A stretch of DNA of 64,000 nt from Candidatus Omnitrophota bacterium (lineage in GTDB: Bacteria > Omnitrophota > Gorgyraeia > Tantalellales > Tantalellaceae), in assembly GCA_007135805.1 (NCBI GenBank), contig SLID01000099.1, positions 1,882 to 65,881 on the forward strand, read 5' to 3'. The position numbers and the translations under genes are program-made. The notes beneath the pieces were generated by a model. The model made no database searches, was not told where the DNA came from, and worked only from the letters and a program-made list of their open reading frames with translations. Positions 27,910 through 38,857 of this stretch are shown here, piece after piece. Numbering within the stretch: the first letter of the stretch is position 1; each line of letters starts with the position of its first letter.

Positions 27910-28761
27910 ATGGAAGAAGCCATAAGGAAGAGCGCGATACTTATAGAAGCTCTGCCGTACATAAAGAAATTCTTCAACAAAATAGTTGTCATAAAGTTTG
28001 GAGGAAGCTCTCTAAACGATGAAAAAGTGCGGTCCATGGTCCTGCAGGACATTGTTTTTATGCGTTACGCGGGCATGAAACCCGTTCTCGTTCACGGGGG
28101 CGGTCCCGATATAAATAGACGGCTTTTGGAATCCAACATCGACACCAAATTCGTTGACGGGTTGAGGGTGACATGCGAGGCCTCAATGGGCATTGTGGAT
28201 TCCGTCCTTGTTGAAGTCAATCGTCTGCTCGTGTCGGAGATCAACGGTTTTGGAGGAGAAGCTTTCGGTTTGAGCGGTAAAGAGAACAATATGATACAGG
28301 CGATTAAACGGGATGGCCCCGACCTGGGTTGTGTCGGTTCCGTCGGCGCCATAGACACCACAATATTGAAACGGCTTACTGACACCAACATAATACCTGT
28401 TATTTGCCCCGTCGGAAAAGGAGAGGACGGAAAATTGTACAATATAAATGCCGACGAGGCCGCTTCAAATATAGCCATAGCTTTGGACGCGGAGAAATTC
28501 GTGGTACTCACGAATGTCAGGGGTGTGATGAGGGACAAGGATGACCCCGGGTCGCTTTTTCATTCACTGACGATAGAGACAGTGGACCATCTTATTGAGA
28601 CTGGGGTCATAGAAGGTGGAATGGTTCCTAAGATAATGTCGTGCCTTACCGCGTTAAGGGGGGCTGTAAGAAAGGCCCATATCGTTGACGCGAACCTCAC
28701 GCACGCGCTTCTGCTTGAGATATTCACGGACAAAGGTATCGGTACGGAAATAGTACATTGA
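27910..28761 (+). CDS. argB: Acetylglutamate kinase
   Basis: 283 aa. VIKFGGSSL and VLVHGGGP amino-acid kinase motifs. GGAGGG RBS. Confidence 0.9.
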   Translation: MEEAIRKSAILIEALPYIKKFFNKIVVIKFGGSSLNDEKVRSMVLQDIVFMRYAGMKPVLVHGGGPDINRRLLESNIDTKFVDGLRVTCEASMGIVDSVLVEVNRLLVSEINGFGGEAFGLSGKENNMIQAIKRDGPDLGCVGSVGAIDTTILKRLTDTNIIPVICPVGKGEDGKLYNINADEAASNIAIALDAEKFVVLTNVRGVMRDKDDPGSLFHSLTIETVDHLIETGVIEGGMVPKIMSCLTALRGAVRKAHIVDANLTHALLLEIFTDKGIGTEIVH

Positions 28762-28795
28762 ATCTACGGCCCGCGGCGCAGACTATACCGCGCTA

Positions 28796-30010
28796 ATGCC
28801 GTTAACAAGTAAAAACAAGGTGTTTGAAATGGGGATCAGCGAGATAAAAGATATGTACGAGAAATACGTTCTTTCTACTTACACCAGAGGAGATATCTGC
28901 CTTGTGAAGGGGGAAGGCTCCAGGGTCGAGGATTCTGAAGGGAACAGGTATCTCGACTTTTTCCCCGGGTGGGCGGTAAGCGGGGTGGGACACAGGCATC
29001 CCAGGGTTATCGGCAGGATAGAGCGGCAGCTTGAGCGGATATTGCATGTATCCAACAATTTTTACAACGAACTACAGCCTGTTCTTGCCCGCAAGATAAT
29101 AGAACATTCTTTTCCGGGCAGGGTCTTTTTCTCCAACAGCGGCGCGGAAGCCAATGAGGGAGCGATAAAATTCGCGCGAAAGTACGGCCGGGGTGAGCGG
29201 TATGAGATAATCACCATGGAAAGGTCCTTTCACGGCAGGACCCTGGCAACGCTTACTGCCACAGGACAGGAAAAGATCAAGGAAGGGTTCTATCCTCTGC
29301 CGGAGGGTTTCAAGCATGTACCTTTCAACGATATAGGGGCCTTAAAGGACGCCATAACCGACAGGACTGTCGCGGTTATGATGGAGCCCGTTCAAGGCGA
29401 AGGGGGAATAAACGTTCCCGGAAGGGATTATATGCGGGAACTCGGGGCTCTCTGCTCGGAACGGGATATTCTCCTCATAATGGACGAGGTCCAGACATGT
29501 ATGGGGCGTACTGGCGAGATGTTCGCTTACAGGCACTTCGGGGTCGAACCCGACGCTATGACACTTGCCAAGTCTCTCGGTGGAGGATTGCCCGTAGGAG
29601 CTTTGGTGGTAAAGGAAAAGCATAAAGACGTTCTTGGCCCGGGCTCGCACGCTTCTACATTCGGAGGAAGTCCCATAGTCTGCGCGGCCGGTTTAGGGGT
29701 TTTTGAGGCCATAGAGGAAGAAGACCTTCTTGATAACGCCGTCAAAATGGGAAATTATCTTGCCGGAAAATTAAGAGAGCTTGGCGAAAAGTTCCCGGTA
29801 ATTGAAGAAGTCCGGGGGTTGGCCCTTATGATCGGAATAAAGATGGGGCTTGAGGATGCCTCTCCCTTTGTGGGGAGCCTGGCGTCCAGAGGGGTTCTAA
29901 TAAACTGCACCCAGGGGAATGTCCTCAGGATGATGCCTCCTCTCACTGTCAATCGTGAACAGATAGACGAGGCAACTCAAAAATTTGCGGAAATTCTGGA
30001 GAAGATGTGA
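28796..30010 (+). CDS. argD: Acetylornithine aminotransferase
   Basis: Class-III PLP aminotransferase (SNSGAEANE, DEVQTCMGRTG). An alternative start ATG 28829 is possible. Confidence 0.85.
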   Translation: MPLTSKNKVFEMGISEIKDMYEKYVLSTYTRGDICLVKGEGSRVEDSEGNRYLDFFPGWAVSGVGHRHPRVIGRIERQLERILHVSNNFYNELQPVLARKIIEHSFPGRVFFSNSGAEANEGAIKFARKYGRGERYEIITMERSFHGRTLATLTATGQEKIKEGFYPLPEGFKHVPFNDIGALKDAITDRTVAVMMEPVQGEGGINVPGRDYMRELGALCSERDILLIMDEVQTCMGRTGEMFAYRHFGVEPDAMTLAKSLGGGLPVGALVVKEKHKDVLGPGSHASTFGGSPIVCAAGLGVFEAIEEEDLLDNAVKMGNYLAGKLRELGEKFPVIEEVRGLALMIGIKMGLEDASPFVGSLASRGVLINCTQGNVLRMMPPLTVNREQIDEATQKFAEILEKM

Positions 30011-30011
30011 T

Positions 30012-30929
30012 ATGAGGAAGAAAAAAGATCTGGTATCGCTGAGGGACCTTGACCGCGGGGAAGTGTTTAACATACTGAAAATGGCCAGGAAACTGAAAAA
30101 AAGGCCCCTTCTATGCAAAACCTCATGCGGAGATAAGACGTTGGCGCTCCTTTTTCAAAAACCTTCCAACCGGACAAGGATATCCTTTGAAGTAGCCATG
30201 GTGCATCTTGGCGGGTATGTCCTTTATCTTAGCCCGTCAGAGATAGATATGGGGGGACGGGAACCGGTGAAGGATGTGGGAAGGGTGGTGTCAAGATATG
30301 TTGATGGGATAGTGGCGAGGGTTTTTTCACATAATGACGTGCAGGACCTGTCGGTTTATTCGGATGTTCCTGTAATAAACGGTCTTTCTGATATGGCGCA
30401 TCCCTGCCAGGCGCTGAGCGATGTTTTTACGGTAATGGAGGCGAAAGGGTTGAAAAAAGTAAAACTCGCTTACGTGGGCGACGGTAACAATGTTTTAAAC
30501 TCACTTGTAATGGCGGCGGCTAAAACGGGCCTGAACATGAGTATCGCTACACCCGCGGGATATGAGCCGGATGCCGAGAATTTTGATGAAGCTGTCAGGG
30601 AAGCCCGCCTTTCAAAGGCCGCTATATGGAAGTGTAACGACCCGTTCGAGGCGGTCCGGGACGCCGATGTTGTTTACACGGATGTGTGGGTAAGTATGGG
30701 GCAGGAACAGGACAGGGAAAAACGGCTCAAAGATTTCAGGCCTTTTCAGGTCAATGACAGGCTGATGAAGGCGGCAAAGCCTGATGCCCTCATAATGCAT
30801 TGTTTGCCGGCCCACAGGGGCGAGGAAATAACGGACGTAATAGACGGTAAGAATTCCATAGTTTATGATCAGGCGGAAAACAGGATGCACGTGCAGAAAG
30901 CTGTCCTGTTGAAATTGATGAGTTCCTGA
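30012..30929 (+). CDS. argF: Ornithine carbamoyltransferase
   Basis: ATG 30012 (MRKKKDLVSLRDL) is in frame with track ORF 29985. STRTR carbamoyl-phosphate motif (SNRTRISFE) and HCLPAHRGEE motif. Confidence 0.9.
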   Translation: MRKKKDLVSLRDLDRGEVFNILKMARKLKKRPLLCKTSCGDKTLALLFQKPSNRTRISFEVAMVHLGGYVLYLSPSEIDMGGREPVKDVGRVVSRYVDGIVARVFSHNDVQDLSVYSDVPVINGLSDMAHPCQALSDVFTVMEAKGLKKVKLAYVGDGNNVLNSLVMAAAKTGLNMSIATPAGYEPDAENFDEAVREARLSKAAIWKCNDPFEAVRDADVVYTDVWVSMGQEQDREKRLKDFRPFQVNDRLMKAAKPDALIMHCLPAHRGEEITDVIDGKNSIVYDQAENRMHVQKAVLLKLMSS

Positions 30930-30990
30930 TACCCGCCGCTGAGGCTGTTTCGGGCGGGAGACGGCCGGGTATAAAAAAGAGGAGAAGGAA

Positions 30991-32163
30991 ATGTCTAAGA
31001 AAAAGGTCGTCCTGGCCTATTCCGGCGGATTGGACACCTCGGTCATCATACGCTGGCTTATGGACCGGGGGTATGAGGTCATATGCTACATGGGTGATGT
31101 GGGCCAGGGATCCGACACTGAAAGCGCCCGGGAAAGGGCCATGCGTATAGGGGCGTCAAAGTGCATAGTCGGGGATCTTAAGCGGGAATTTGTCAAAGAA
31201 TACGCTTTCAGGGCACTTAAGGCCGGGGCGTTATACCAGGGAAAATATAATCTCGCCACAGCCCTTTCGCGCCCGATAATAGCCGATGCTATGGTCCGGG
31301 AAGCTGTCAGACAAAAAGCTTCGGCGCTGGCGCATGGATGTACTGGTAAGGGGAATGACCAGGTAAGGTTTGAAGTTACTTTTCATGTCAAAGCCCCCGG
31401 GATCAAGGTTATAGCGCCGGTCAGGGAGTGGGAGCTTACAACACGTGAATCCGAGATAGACTACGCTATTTCAAATAAGATCCCTGTCGAACAAACGCGG
31501 GAAAAACTTTACAGCATAGACAAGAACCTCTGGGGTATAAGTGTCGAAGGAGGGGATCTGGAGGATCCGTGGAAGGAACCGGGCGAAGACACTTACATAA
31601 GCGTTAAGCCCGCGCGGAAAACCCCTGACGTTCCAAAGAATGTCACACTCAAGTTTTCGGGAGGGATCCCGGTCGCCCTGGATGGAAAAAAATATCGGCC
31701 TGTCGAACTTATTGAAAAACTTAACGCCCTGGGCGGTAAGCACGGCGTGGGGCGGGTAGATATGATAGAGGACCGCCTTGTGGGGATAAAGTCCCGCGAG
31801 ATTTATGAGGCTCCCGCGTCAGCCATACTTTACGCCGCTCACACAGCGCTTGAGGAAATGGTGCTTGATAGGGCTACAAGGGAATACAAGGCTCTTCTTG
31901 CCCAGCGCTACTCAGAACTGGTCTACAACGGGTTGTGGTTCACCCCTCTGAGGGAATCGATAGACGCTTTTGTTGACAGCACCCAGAAGTCCGTTTCAGG
32001 TGAGGTAAGACTCAAACTTTACAAGGGCAGTGTTTCTGTCTCTGGCAGAAAAAGCGCCAGGTCGCGTTACAAGCTGGCTTTGGCAACATACGGGGAGGGT
32101 GATGTTTTTGACCAGTCTCTGGCCAAGGGCTTTATAGACCTGTGGGCGATGCCTTACAGGTGA
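30991..32163 (+). CDS. argG: Argininosuccinate synthase
   Basis: 390 aa. VVLAYSGGLDTS PP-loop start. Confidence 0.95.
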   Translation: MSKKKVVLAYSGGLDTSVIIRWLMDRGYEVICYMGDVGQGSDTESARERAMRIGASKCIVGDLKREFVKEYAFRALKAGALYQGKYNLATALSRPIIADAMVREAVRQKASALAHGCTGKGNDQVRFEVTFHVKAPGIKVIAPVREWELTTRESEIDYAISNKIPVEQTREKLYSIDKNLWGISVEGGDLEDPWKEPGEDTYISVKPARKTPDVPKNVTLKFSGGIPVALDGKKYRPVELIEKLNALGGKHGVGRVDMIEDRLVGIKSREIYEAPASAILYAAHTALEEMVLDRATREYKALLAQRYSELVYNGLWFTPLRESIDAFVDSTQKSVSGEVRLKLYKGSVSVSGRKSARSRYKLALATYGEGDVFDQSLAKGFIDLWAMPYR

Positions 32164-32235
32164 CCGCGTGAAGCGATCTGTCCCGAGGGCTAAATTCTGC
32201 CCAGAGGGTCGGGCAGAAGAAGAGTGGGAGGAATT

Positions 32236-33609
32236 ATGGGAAAATTATGGGGAGGTAGATTTTCGGGCCAGAGCATGGACCCGGAAGTGCTTGAGTTCTC
32301 TTCCAGTATTGACATAGATAAGGTGCTGGCGGAATATGATTGTCGTTCCAGCGGTGTCCATGTTGAGATGCTGGAGAAATGCGGATACATCTCAGATGTA
32401 GAGAAACAAGTCCTTTCCGTGGCTCTCAAGGAGATCCTGGACGAGATAGCCGCCGGCTGTTTTGAAAGTGGGGGGTTCGAGGATATCCATTCCGCCATAC
32501 AAGACCGTATGGAAAAAAAATGCCCCGATGAGGCAAAAAAGCTTCATACCGCGAGGTCGAGAAACGAGCAGGTAGTCAACGATGTAAGGTTATATGCCAA
32601 AGACAAGGCCGATGAAGCTGTCGAGCTGATAAGAGAATTGCAAAAAAGCTTTTTATGTCTGGCCGACCGGAACCGCGACGCCATAATACCGGGATATACC
32701 CATCTTAACAGAGCTCAGCCGGTACTTTTTTCCCACCTCGCGCTTGCTTATATGGAGATGCTTGAACGGGACAGGGGAAGGATAATTGACGCCCGAAAAC
32801 GCCTGGATTTAAGCGTAATGGGATCGGGGGCCATAGCAGGATCGGCCCTCGCGCTTGACCGCGGGTTTGTGTCCGGCAAGCTGGGTTTCAGCGATATTTC
32901 CGCGAACAGTATAGATTCGGTGAGTGACAGGGATTTCATGGCGGAGCTTATGGCGGCTTTCAGCATACTTGTTGTCCACCTTTCCCGGATAAGCGAGGAC
33001 CTCATACTTTACAGTATCCCTGAATTCGGGTTTATATCGATGGACGAAAAGTTCACGACTGGGAGCTCCCTTATGCCTCAGAAAAAGAATCCCGATGTTC
33101 TTGAGCTGATAAGAGGCAGATCCGCGGGTATAATCGGGGACCTTAACTCGATACTGGTGCTTCTCAAAGCCCAACCTCACGCTTACAACCGGGACCTTCA
33201 GGAGGATAAGAGGTTCTTTTTCAGGTCGGTCGAGACTGTTTTTGGTTGTCTCCGGGTGTTCGCCCCTCTGGTCTTGTCAATATCCGTAGACACTGTCGCC
33301 TCCGGGAAGGCGCTTTCTGACGAGTTTATATACGCTACGGACATAGCCGAACATCTTGTGGCCAAAGGAGCCGCTTTTTCGGAAGCTCACAGAATAGTCG
33401 GCAACATGGTGGGATACTGTACGAAAAAAAACATTAATATATCAGGATTGTCCCTGACTGAACTGAAGGCCTTTTCAGAACTTCTGGATGAAAGTGTTTT
33501 CTCTCTTCTTTCAGCCGGTTCCTCGGTATCCGGGAAAAAGACAGAGGGGAGTACCAATCCTGAAATGGTGTACAGGCAGATCGAACTGTGGAAGAAAAAG
33601 GTCAAGTAA
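32236..33609 (+). CDS. argH: Argininosuccinate lyase
   Basis: ATG 32236 gives the canonical MGKLWGGRFSG start. Fumarate-lyase signature GSSLMPQKKNPD. Confidence 0.9.
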   Translation: MGKLWGGRFSGQSMDPEVLEFSSSIDIDKVLAEYDCRSSGVHVEMLEKCGYISDVEKQVLSVALKEILDEIAAGCFESGGFEDIHSAIQDRMEKKCPDEAKKLHTARSRNEQVVNDVRLYAKDKADEAVELIRELQKSFLCLADRNRDAIIPGYTHLNRAQPVLFSHLALAYMEMLERDRGRIIDARKRLDLSVMGSGAIAGSALALDRGFVSGKLGFSDISANSIDSVSDRDFMAELMAAFSILVVHLSRISEDLILYSIPEFGFISMDEKFTTGSSLMPQKKNPDVLELIRGRSAGIIGDLNSILVLLKAQPHAYNRDLQEDKRFFFRSVETVFGCLRVFAPLVLSISVDTVASGKALSDEFIYATDIAEHLVAKGAAFSEAHRIVGNMVGYCTKKNINISGLSLTELKAFSELLDESVFSLLSAGSSVSGKKTEGSTNPEMVYRQIELWKKKVK

Positions 33610-33649
33610 GGGGCCGGGACTTTTTCCGCGGTGACCGCCGGTCACTGTT

Positions 33650-34933
33650 ATGCCGCCGGATACGGTCTTAAATGAAATGGAGTATGACATGCATGAATTC
33701 AATTACAGGAAGAATATCCTTTATTGCGAAGACATAGCGGTGCCTGATATCGTGAAGGAACATGGGACGCCGTTTTACCTGTACAGTTTAAAGACCGTGC
33801 TCGGTCATTTAGAAAGGATAAAGGAAGCTTTCAGCGAGCTTGATCCCCTGATATGTTTTTCAATGAAATCCAACTCCAATCTTACTTTGTGCCGGGCCCT
33901 GGTTTCATCGGGAGCCGGACTTGACATAGTTTCCGGAGGGGAGCTTTACAAAGCCCTGAAGGTGGGGTGCCCGCCGGAGCGCATAGTATACGCCAGCGTC
34001 GGAAAGACGGTATCCGAAATACGCCAGGCGATAAATGAAGAGATACTCCTGTTCAATGTGGAGTCTGTTCCCGAACTCATAATGATAGACTCTGCGGCTA
34101 AAAAGCTCAAGAGGAAGGTGGATGTCGCGATAAGGGTTAACCCGGACGTAACCCCGGAAACGCATGACTACATAACGACCGGTTCAGGGGAAAAGAAATT
34201 CGGCATAGATTTTAAGACGGTTGAGGAGATCTTTGACAACAGCAACAAGTATTCCCATGTGTCGCTCAAGGGGCTTCATGTTCACATAGGGTCGCAGATA
34301 ACCGACCCGAGCCCTTTCTCGGAAGCTCTTGTAAAGGTCCTGGAATTTATCGACAAAAGCGGTATAGAACCTGAATGGCTTAATATCGGCGGAGGGTTCG
34401 GCATCGACTATGGGCCCGAAAGAGCGGCTGAAGCCGCCGACATAGCGGCAGCTATCGTTCCTTTGTTGAGGGACAGGCCTTATAAGATCATACTGGAACC
34501 CGGAAGGTTCATCATGGGGAATAGCGGTATTCTAGTGACAAAAGTGATTTACGTAAAAACCAATCCCAGCGGGAAAAAATTCGCGATCGTTGACGCCGGT
34601 ATGAACGATCTTTTAAGACCCAGCCTTTACAGGGCATATCATGACATTGTGCCGGTTTCTCAAAGGGACGCTTCATCGGACATCTATGACATAGTCGGAC
34701 CCATCTGTGAAAGCGGGGATTACCTGGGGCTGAAGAGGGAACTTCAGGAGCTTATCCCAGGAGAATGTCTGGCGGTGATGGGAGCCGGAGCGTACGGTTT
34801 CACCATGGCTTCTAACTACAATTCCAGGCCGAAACCCGCCGAGATAGTTGTAATAGGCGGCCAGGCCAGGGTGGCGAGGCGAGCGGAAACGCACAGGGAT
34901 CTGATAAGGGGAGAAAAGATAATACTGCCATAG
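33650..34933 (+). CDS. lysA: Diaminopimelate decarboxylase
   Basis: Fold-III PLP decarboxylase (CFSMKSNSNL, EPGRFIMGNSG, CESGD). Alternative starts 33677 and 33689. Confidence 0.9.
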   Translation: MPPDTVLNEMEYDMHEFNYRKNILYCEDIAVPDIVKEHGTPFYLYSLKTVLGHLERIKEAFSELDPLICFSMKSNSNLTLCRALVSSGAGLDIVSGGELYKALKVGCPPERIVYASVGKTVSEIRQAINEEILLFNVESVPELIMIDSAAKKLKRKVDVAIRVNPDVTPETHDYITTGSGEKKFGIDFKTVEEIFDNSNKYSHVSLKGLHVHIGSQITDPSPFSEALVKVLEFIDKSGIEPEWLNIGGGFGIDYGPERAAEAADIAAAIVPLLRDRPYKIILEPGRFIMGNSGILVTKVIYVKTNPSGKKFAIVDAGMNDLLRPSLYRAYHDIVPVSQRDASSDIYDIVGPICESGDYLGLKRELQELIPGECLAVMGAGAYGFTMASNYNSRPKPAEIVVIGGQARVARRAETHRDLIRGEKIILP

Positions 34934-34988
34934 GAACCTCGGAAGTAATGTACGGAAATACGTAAAATAAAAGCTAAGGAGCGTAGAG

Positions 34989-35810
34989 GTGCCGGAAAGA
35001 TACGGTTTGTTTTTTTCAAAGTATGTGGCAAGCGGAAACGACTTCATAATACTTGATAACATCTCGGGAGAGATCGATACAATGTGTCTGGATCTCGGGG
35101 ATGTCGCCAGGGATATATGCCGCCGCCGCCTTTCGGTCGGAGCGGACGGTCTTTTGGTCCTTGAAAGTTCCGCCCGGGCTGATATCCGGATGAGAATAAT
35201 AAACCCCGATGGTTCGGAAGCCAGTATGTGCGGTAACGGCGCGAGATGCGCGGCGCTTTACGTTTCAGATAATGGGGCAGGGAGCGATCTGAAAATTGAG
35301 ACCGGTGCCGGCATCATAGGGGCTTCCGTCGCGGGAGACAATGTAAAGGTCCGGATGAGCGATCCTCACGGCATAGAACTTGGTCTCAAGCTGGGAGTGG
35401 GAGACACTATAGCCACTGTTCACAAAATAAATACCGGGGTGCCTCATGCTGTGCATATGGTCGAGGATATAGAGAATTTTCCCGTCGAGGAGTACGGCAG
35501 AAAGATAAGAGAACACAGCGCGTTCAGCCCCCAAGGGACAAACGTGAATTTTGTGGGAGATCCAAAAAACAATTTGGCGCCGCTTAGGACATATGAGAGA
35601 GGTGTTGAATCGGAGACCCTTTCATGCGGAACGGGTACCGTGGCCTCGGCGGTGGTGCTGGGTCTCCTGGGGCAGGCGGAGAGTCCGGCCGGAATAAGGA
35701 CGAGGAGCGGTGAGATCCTTACGGTTTATTTCAGAATATTCCCCGGGCACATTGTCAGGGATGTGTACCTGGAAGGCTCCGCGAGAAAAGCCTATGAAGG
35801 CAAAGTATAA
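34989..35810 (+). CDS. dapF: Diaminopimelate epimerase
   Basis: GTG start. FSKYVASGNDFIILDN and catalytic MCGNGARC / SCGTGT cysteines. Confidence 0.9.
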   Translation: MPERYGLFFSKYVASGNDFIILDNISGEIDTMCLDLGDVARDICRRRLSVGADGLLVLESSARADIRMRIINPDGSEASMCGNGARCAALYVSDNGAGSDLKIETGAGIIGASVAGDNVKVRMSDPHGIELGLKLGVGDTIATVHKINTGVPHAVHMVEDIENFPVEEYGRKIREHSAFSPQGTNVNFVGDPKNNLAPLRTYERGVESETLSCGTGTVASAVVLGLLGQAESPAGIRTRSGEILTVYFRIFPGHIVRDVYLEGSARKAYEGKV

Positions 35811-35842
35811 TTTCAAAGATAAGAAAAAAAGGAGTTGATTAT

Positions 35843-36724
35843 ATGTTTAAAGGCGCATTTGTGGCTTTGGTAACGCCGTTCAGGGACGGAAAAGTGGATG
35901 AAAAAAAGTACAGACAGCTGATCGAATTTCAGATAGAGAAAGGTATCGACGGGATCGTTCCCTGCGGCTGTACCGGCGAGGCGGCAACGTTGAACGCCGC
36001 CGAACAGAAACGGCTTATCAAGGTGGCTGTCGAAACGGTTGACGGCCGGGTTCCCGTGGTAGCGGGTACAGGGTCGAACTGCACCCGGGAAGCGGTGGAC
36101 CTTACTTCCTCCGCCGCGAAGGCTGGATGCGACGGGGCACTCGTCATAACTCCCTATTACAATAAACCCACTCCTGAAGGACAGTACCGGCATTACAGGG
36201 AAATCGCCGCCTCCGCCGACATCCCTATAATGCTTTATAACGTGCCATCACGGACCGGAATATCGCTATCCCCGGCGACCGTGGCGCGCTTGTCTAGGAT
36301 AGATAACATAACTTCTATTAAAGAAGCTTCCGGTTCGGTGCAGCAGGTGACGGACATTCTGTCTCTTTGCGATATAACAGTGCTGAGCGGAGATGACTCT
36401 AATACGCTTCCTTTCATGTCGGTTGGGGCAAAAGGGGTGGTGAGTGTGGCGGCCAATATAATACCGGAAAAAATACACGCGCTAACACAGTTTTACCTGG
36501 CGGGCAATCATGAAAAGAGCCGCCGGATGCACTACGAGATAGCGGAACTCTGCGCGGCGATGTTCATAGAAACGAATCCTATACCGGTAAAAACGGCGTT
36601 GAGCCTGATGAAAATGGTGGACGAGGAATGGCGTATGCCGCTTTGTGAAATGCGGAAAGACAACAGGGATAAGCTTAAGGCGATCCTCGGAAAGTATAAG
36701 CTGATACGTTCACGGCGTCCGTGA
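35843..36724 (+). CDS. dapA: 4-hydroxy-tetrahydrodipicolinate synthase
   Basis: 293 aa. GAFVALVTPF start, GCTGEAATL motif and YNVPSRTG. Confidence 0.9.
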   Translation: MFKGAFVALVTPFRDGKVDEKKYRQLIEFQIEKGIDGIVPCGCTGEAATLNAAEQKRLIKVAVETVDGRVPVVAGTGSNCTREAVDLTSSAAKAGCDGALVITPYYNKPTPEGQYRHYREIAASADIPIMLYNVPSRTGISLSPATVARLSRIDNITSIKEASGSVQQVTDILSLCDITVLSGDDSNTLPFMSVGAKGVVSVAANIIPEKIHALTQFYLAGNHEKSRRMHYEIAELCAAMFIETNPIPVKTALSLMKMVDEEWRMPLCEMRKDNRDKLKAILGKYKLIRSRRP

Positions 36725-36868
36725 CATGTTCTGCCCTGTATCTTTACGGTCACGGCGGACCGGACAGCGGCCGCGCCGGTTGGGTTTAGAAATGCCGGGA
36801 TACGCCGGATCCTCGTGGAGTCGCGAATAACTGAAAAGCTCGGATCCTTGTCCTGAAAGGAGGAGACT

Positions 36869-37609
36869 ATGGTTAAAATATGCGTAGCGGGCGCCTGCGG
36901 GAAAATGGGCAGGCGTATAGCGGATCTCGCGGGCAAAGACCCTGAGATAAAGATAGTGTCGCTTTTAGAGAGTCCCGATTGTCCTCATGTGGGTGAAACA
37001 GTTGAAAAGGTTCCGGGATCAGGCGACAGCGTGATAAGCGTCATATCAGAGTCGGGAGAGGCCTTCTCCGGGGTCGACTGCGTTATTGATTTCACCTTAC
37101 CCGAACCTACCCTGGAACATCTTCAGGAATGTGTGAAGAGATCCGTGGGTATTGTTATCGGCACCACTGGTTTTTCCCCGGAATCTGAACTCAGTATCCG
37201 CGAAGCCTCGCGCGAAATTCCCATAGTTTTTTCCCCGAACATGGCTGTAGGGGTAAATATTGTTTTCAAGGTGGTTTCTGATATTTGCGGAGCAATGGGT
37301 AAGGGCCTCAGAGTCAAGGTGGACGAGACCCATCATGTCCACAAAAAGGATTCACCCAGCGGTACGGCAAAAAAAATAGTGTCTTGTATAAAGGAAACAT
37401 GCGGGGTAGAACCCCGGGTAGAGGTTTTCCGGGAAGGAGAGGTAATAGGAGAGCATGGTATTGTTTTCGACAGTGAGTTCGAGAAAATAGAGCTGCGTCA
37501 TTCCGCAAAGGATAGGGATGTTTTTGCCGCGGGGGCATTGCGCGCGGCAAAATTCGTCAAAGGAAAGCCACCAGGGCTTTATAGCATGGCGGATGTACTG
37601 GGCATATAG
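36869..37609 (+). CDS. dapB: 4-hydroxy-tetrahydrodipicolinate reductase
   Basis: 246 aa. KICVAGACGKMGRRI start and ETHHVHKKDSPSGTA motif (E.HH..K.D.PSGTA). Confidence 0.9.
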   Translation: MVKICVAGACGKMGRRIADLAGKDPEIKIVSLLESPDCPHVGETVEKVPGSGDSVISVISESGEAFSGVDCVIDFTLPEPTLEHLQECVKRSVGIVIGTTGFSPESELSIREASREIPIVFSPNMAVGVNIVFKVVSDICGAMGKGLRVKVDETHHVHKKDSPSGTAKKIVSCIKETCGVEPRVEVFREGEVIGEHGIVFDSEFEKIELRHSAKDRDVFAAGALRAAKFVKGKPPGLYSMADVLGI

Positions 37610-37681
37610 CGCGGGCGTGACGGCATTATAAAAAAGTAGTTTCATGTAAGACCGCGTCGGCGGTGAAAAGGAGAAATTAGC

Positions 37682-38848
37682 ATGGCAGAAATAGCTGAAA
37701 GATTGAAAAAACTTCCACCGTATCTTTTTGAGGAAATCGATAAAGCCAAACAACAGGCGATACAGCAGGGTAGACCGGTCATTGACCTGGGTGTCGGCGA
37801 TCCTGATATGCCAACGCCCGGGTTCGTTGTGGAAAGTCTCAGGGAGGCGGTTAAGGACCCTTCCAACCATAAATACCCTTTTAATAAAGGGATAGCTTCC
37901 CTTCGAAAGGAGATGGCCGTCTGGTATAAGAGACGCTTTGGTGTCGAACTGGATCCCGAAAAGGAGATTTTACCCCTCCTGGGCTCAAAGGAGGGCATAG
38001 CTCATATACCTCTGGCTTTCATCAACCCAGGGGATGAAGTCCTTGTCCCCGATCCCGGGTATCCGCCTTATGCTTCCGGTTCCATGTTTTCCGGCGCCAA
38101 GGTCACTTTTATGCCTCTCGTGTGTGAAAATAATTTTCTGCCGGACCTGGAAGCTATTGCCCCCGCGTCAGCCGCGAAGTGTAAACTCATGCACCTCAAT
38201 TATCCCAATAATCCCACGGGAGCGGTCTGTGACAAGGAGTTCTACCGGAGTGTGGTCAGTTTTGCCAGGGAACACGGGATAGTGGTTTGTTCTGACGCCG
38301 CTTACACCGAGATAAGTTATGACGGGTATGTGCCTCCCAGCTTTCTGGAAGCTGAAGGCGCCATGGAAGTAGGTGTAGAGTTCCATTCTTTGTCAAAAAC
38401 TTTCAATATGACCGGATGGAGGGTAGGGATGGCGGTCGGTAACGCCGATATCATAGCGGCTCTGTCTAAGGTAAAGGCTAATGTGGATTCGGGTATCTTC
38501 ACGCCCGTACAAGTAGCCGCCGTTGAAGCGCTGAAACGCTCAGAGGAGATCAAGTCGTCTATGTCCGGCGTATACCAATCCAGACGCGATGTCCTGGTCA
38601 AAGGGCTGAGGTCAGCGGGATGGGATGTGCCCGAGATAAAGGCCTCTTTTTATCTATGGATACCGGTCCTGGAAGGTTTCACTTCGGTCTCCATGGCGAA
38701 AGCCATGCTCGAGCAAGCTGATATTATAGTTACACCCGGTAACGGATTCGGGCCTTCCGGAGAGGGTTATATACGAATGGCTCTGACGGTTGGTGAGGAA
38801 AAACTGGAACAAGCTGTTGATCGGGTGAAAAAGGTTTTTGCCCGCTAG
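37682..38848 (+). CDS. dapL: LL-diaminopimelate aminotransferase (class I aminotransferase)
   Basis: 388 aa. Start LKKLPPYLFEEID is typical of DapL. SLSKTFNMTGWRVG PLP-lysine region. Context of dapA/dapB/dapF/lysA without dapD/dapE supports the DapL route. Confidence 0.7.
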   Translation: MAEIAERLKKLPPYLFEEIDKAKQQAIQQGRPVIDLGVGDPDMPTPGFVVESLREAVKDPSNHKYPFNKGIASLRKEMAVWYKRRFGVELDPEKEILPLLGSKEGIAHIPLAFINPGDEVLVPDPGYPPYASGSMFSGAKVTFMPLVCENNFLPDLEAIAPASAAKCKLMHLNYPNNPTGAVCDKEFYRSVVSFAREHGIVVCSDAAYTEISYDGYVPPSFLEAEGAMEVGVEFHSLSKTFNMTGWRVGMAVGNADIIAALSKVKANVDSGIFTPVQVAAVEALKRSEEIKSSMSGVYQSRRDVLVKGLRSAGWDVPEIKASFYLWIPVLEGFTSVSMAKAMLEQADIIVTPGNGFGPSGEGYIRMALTVGEEKLEQAVDRVKKVFAR

Positions 38849-38857
38849 GGATCTTAC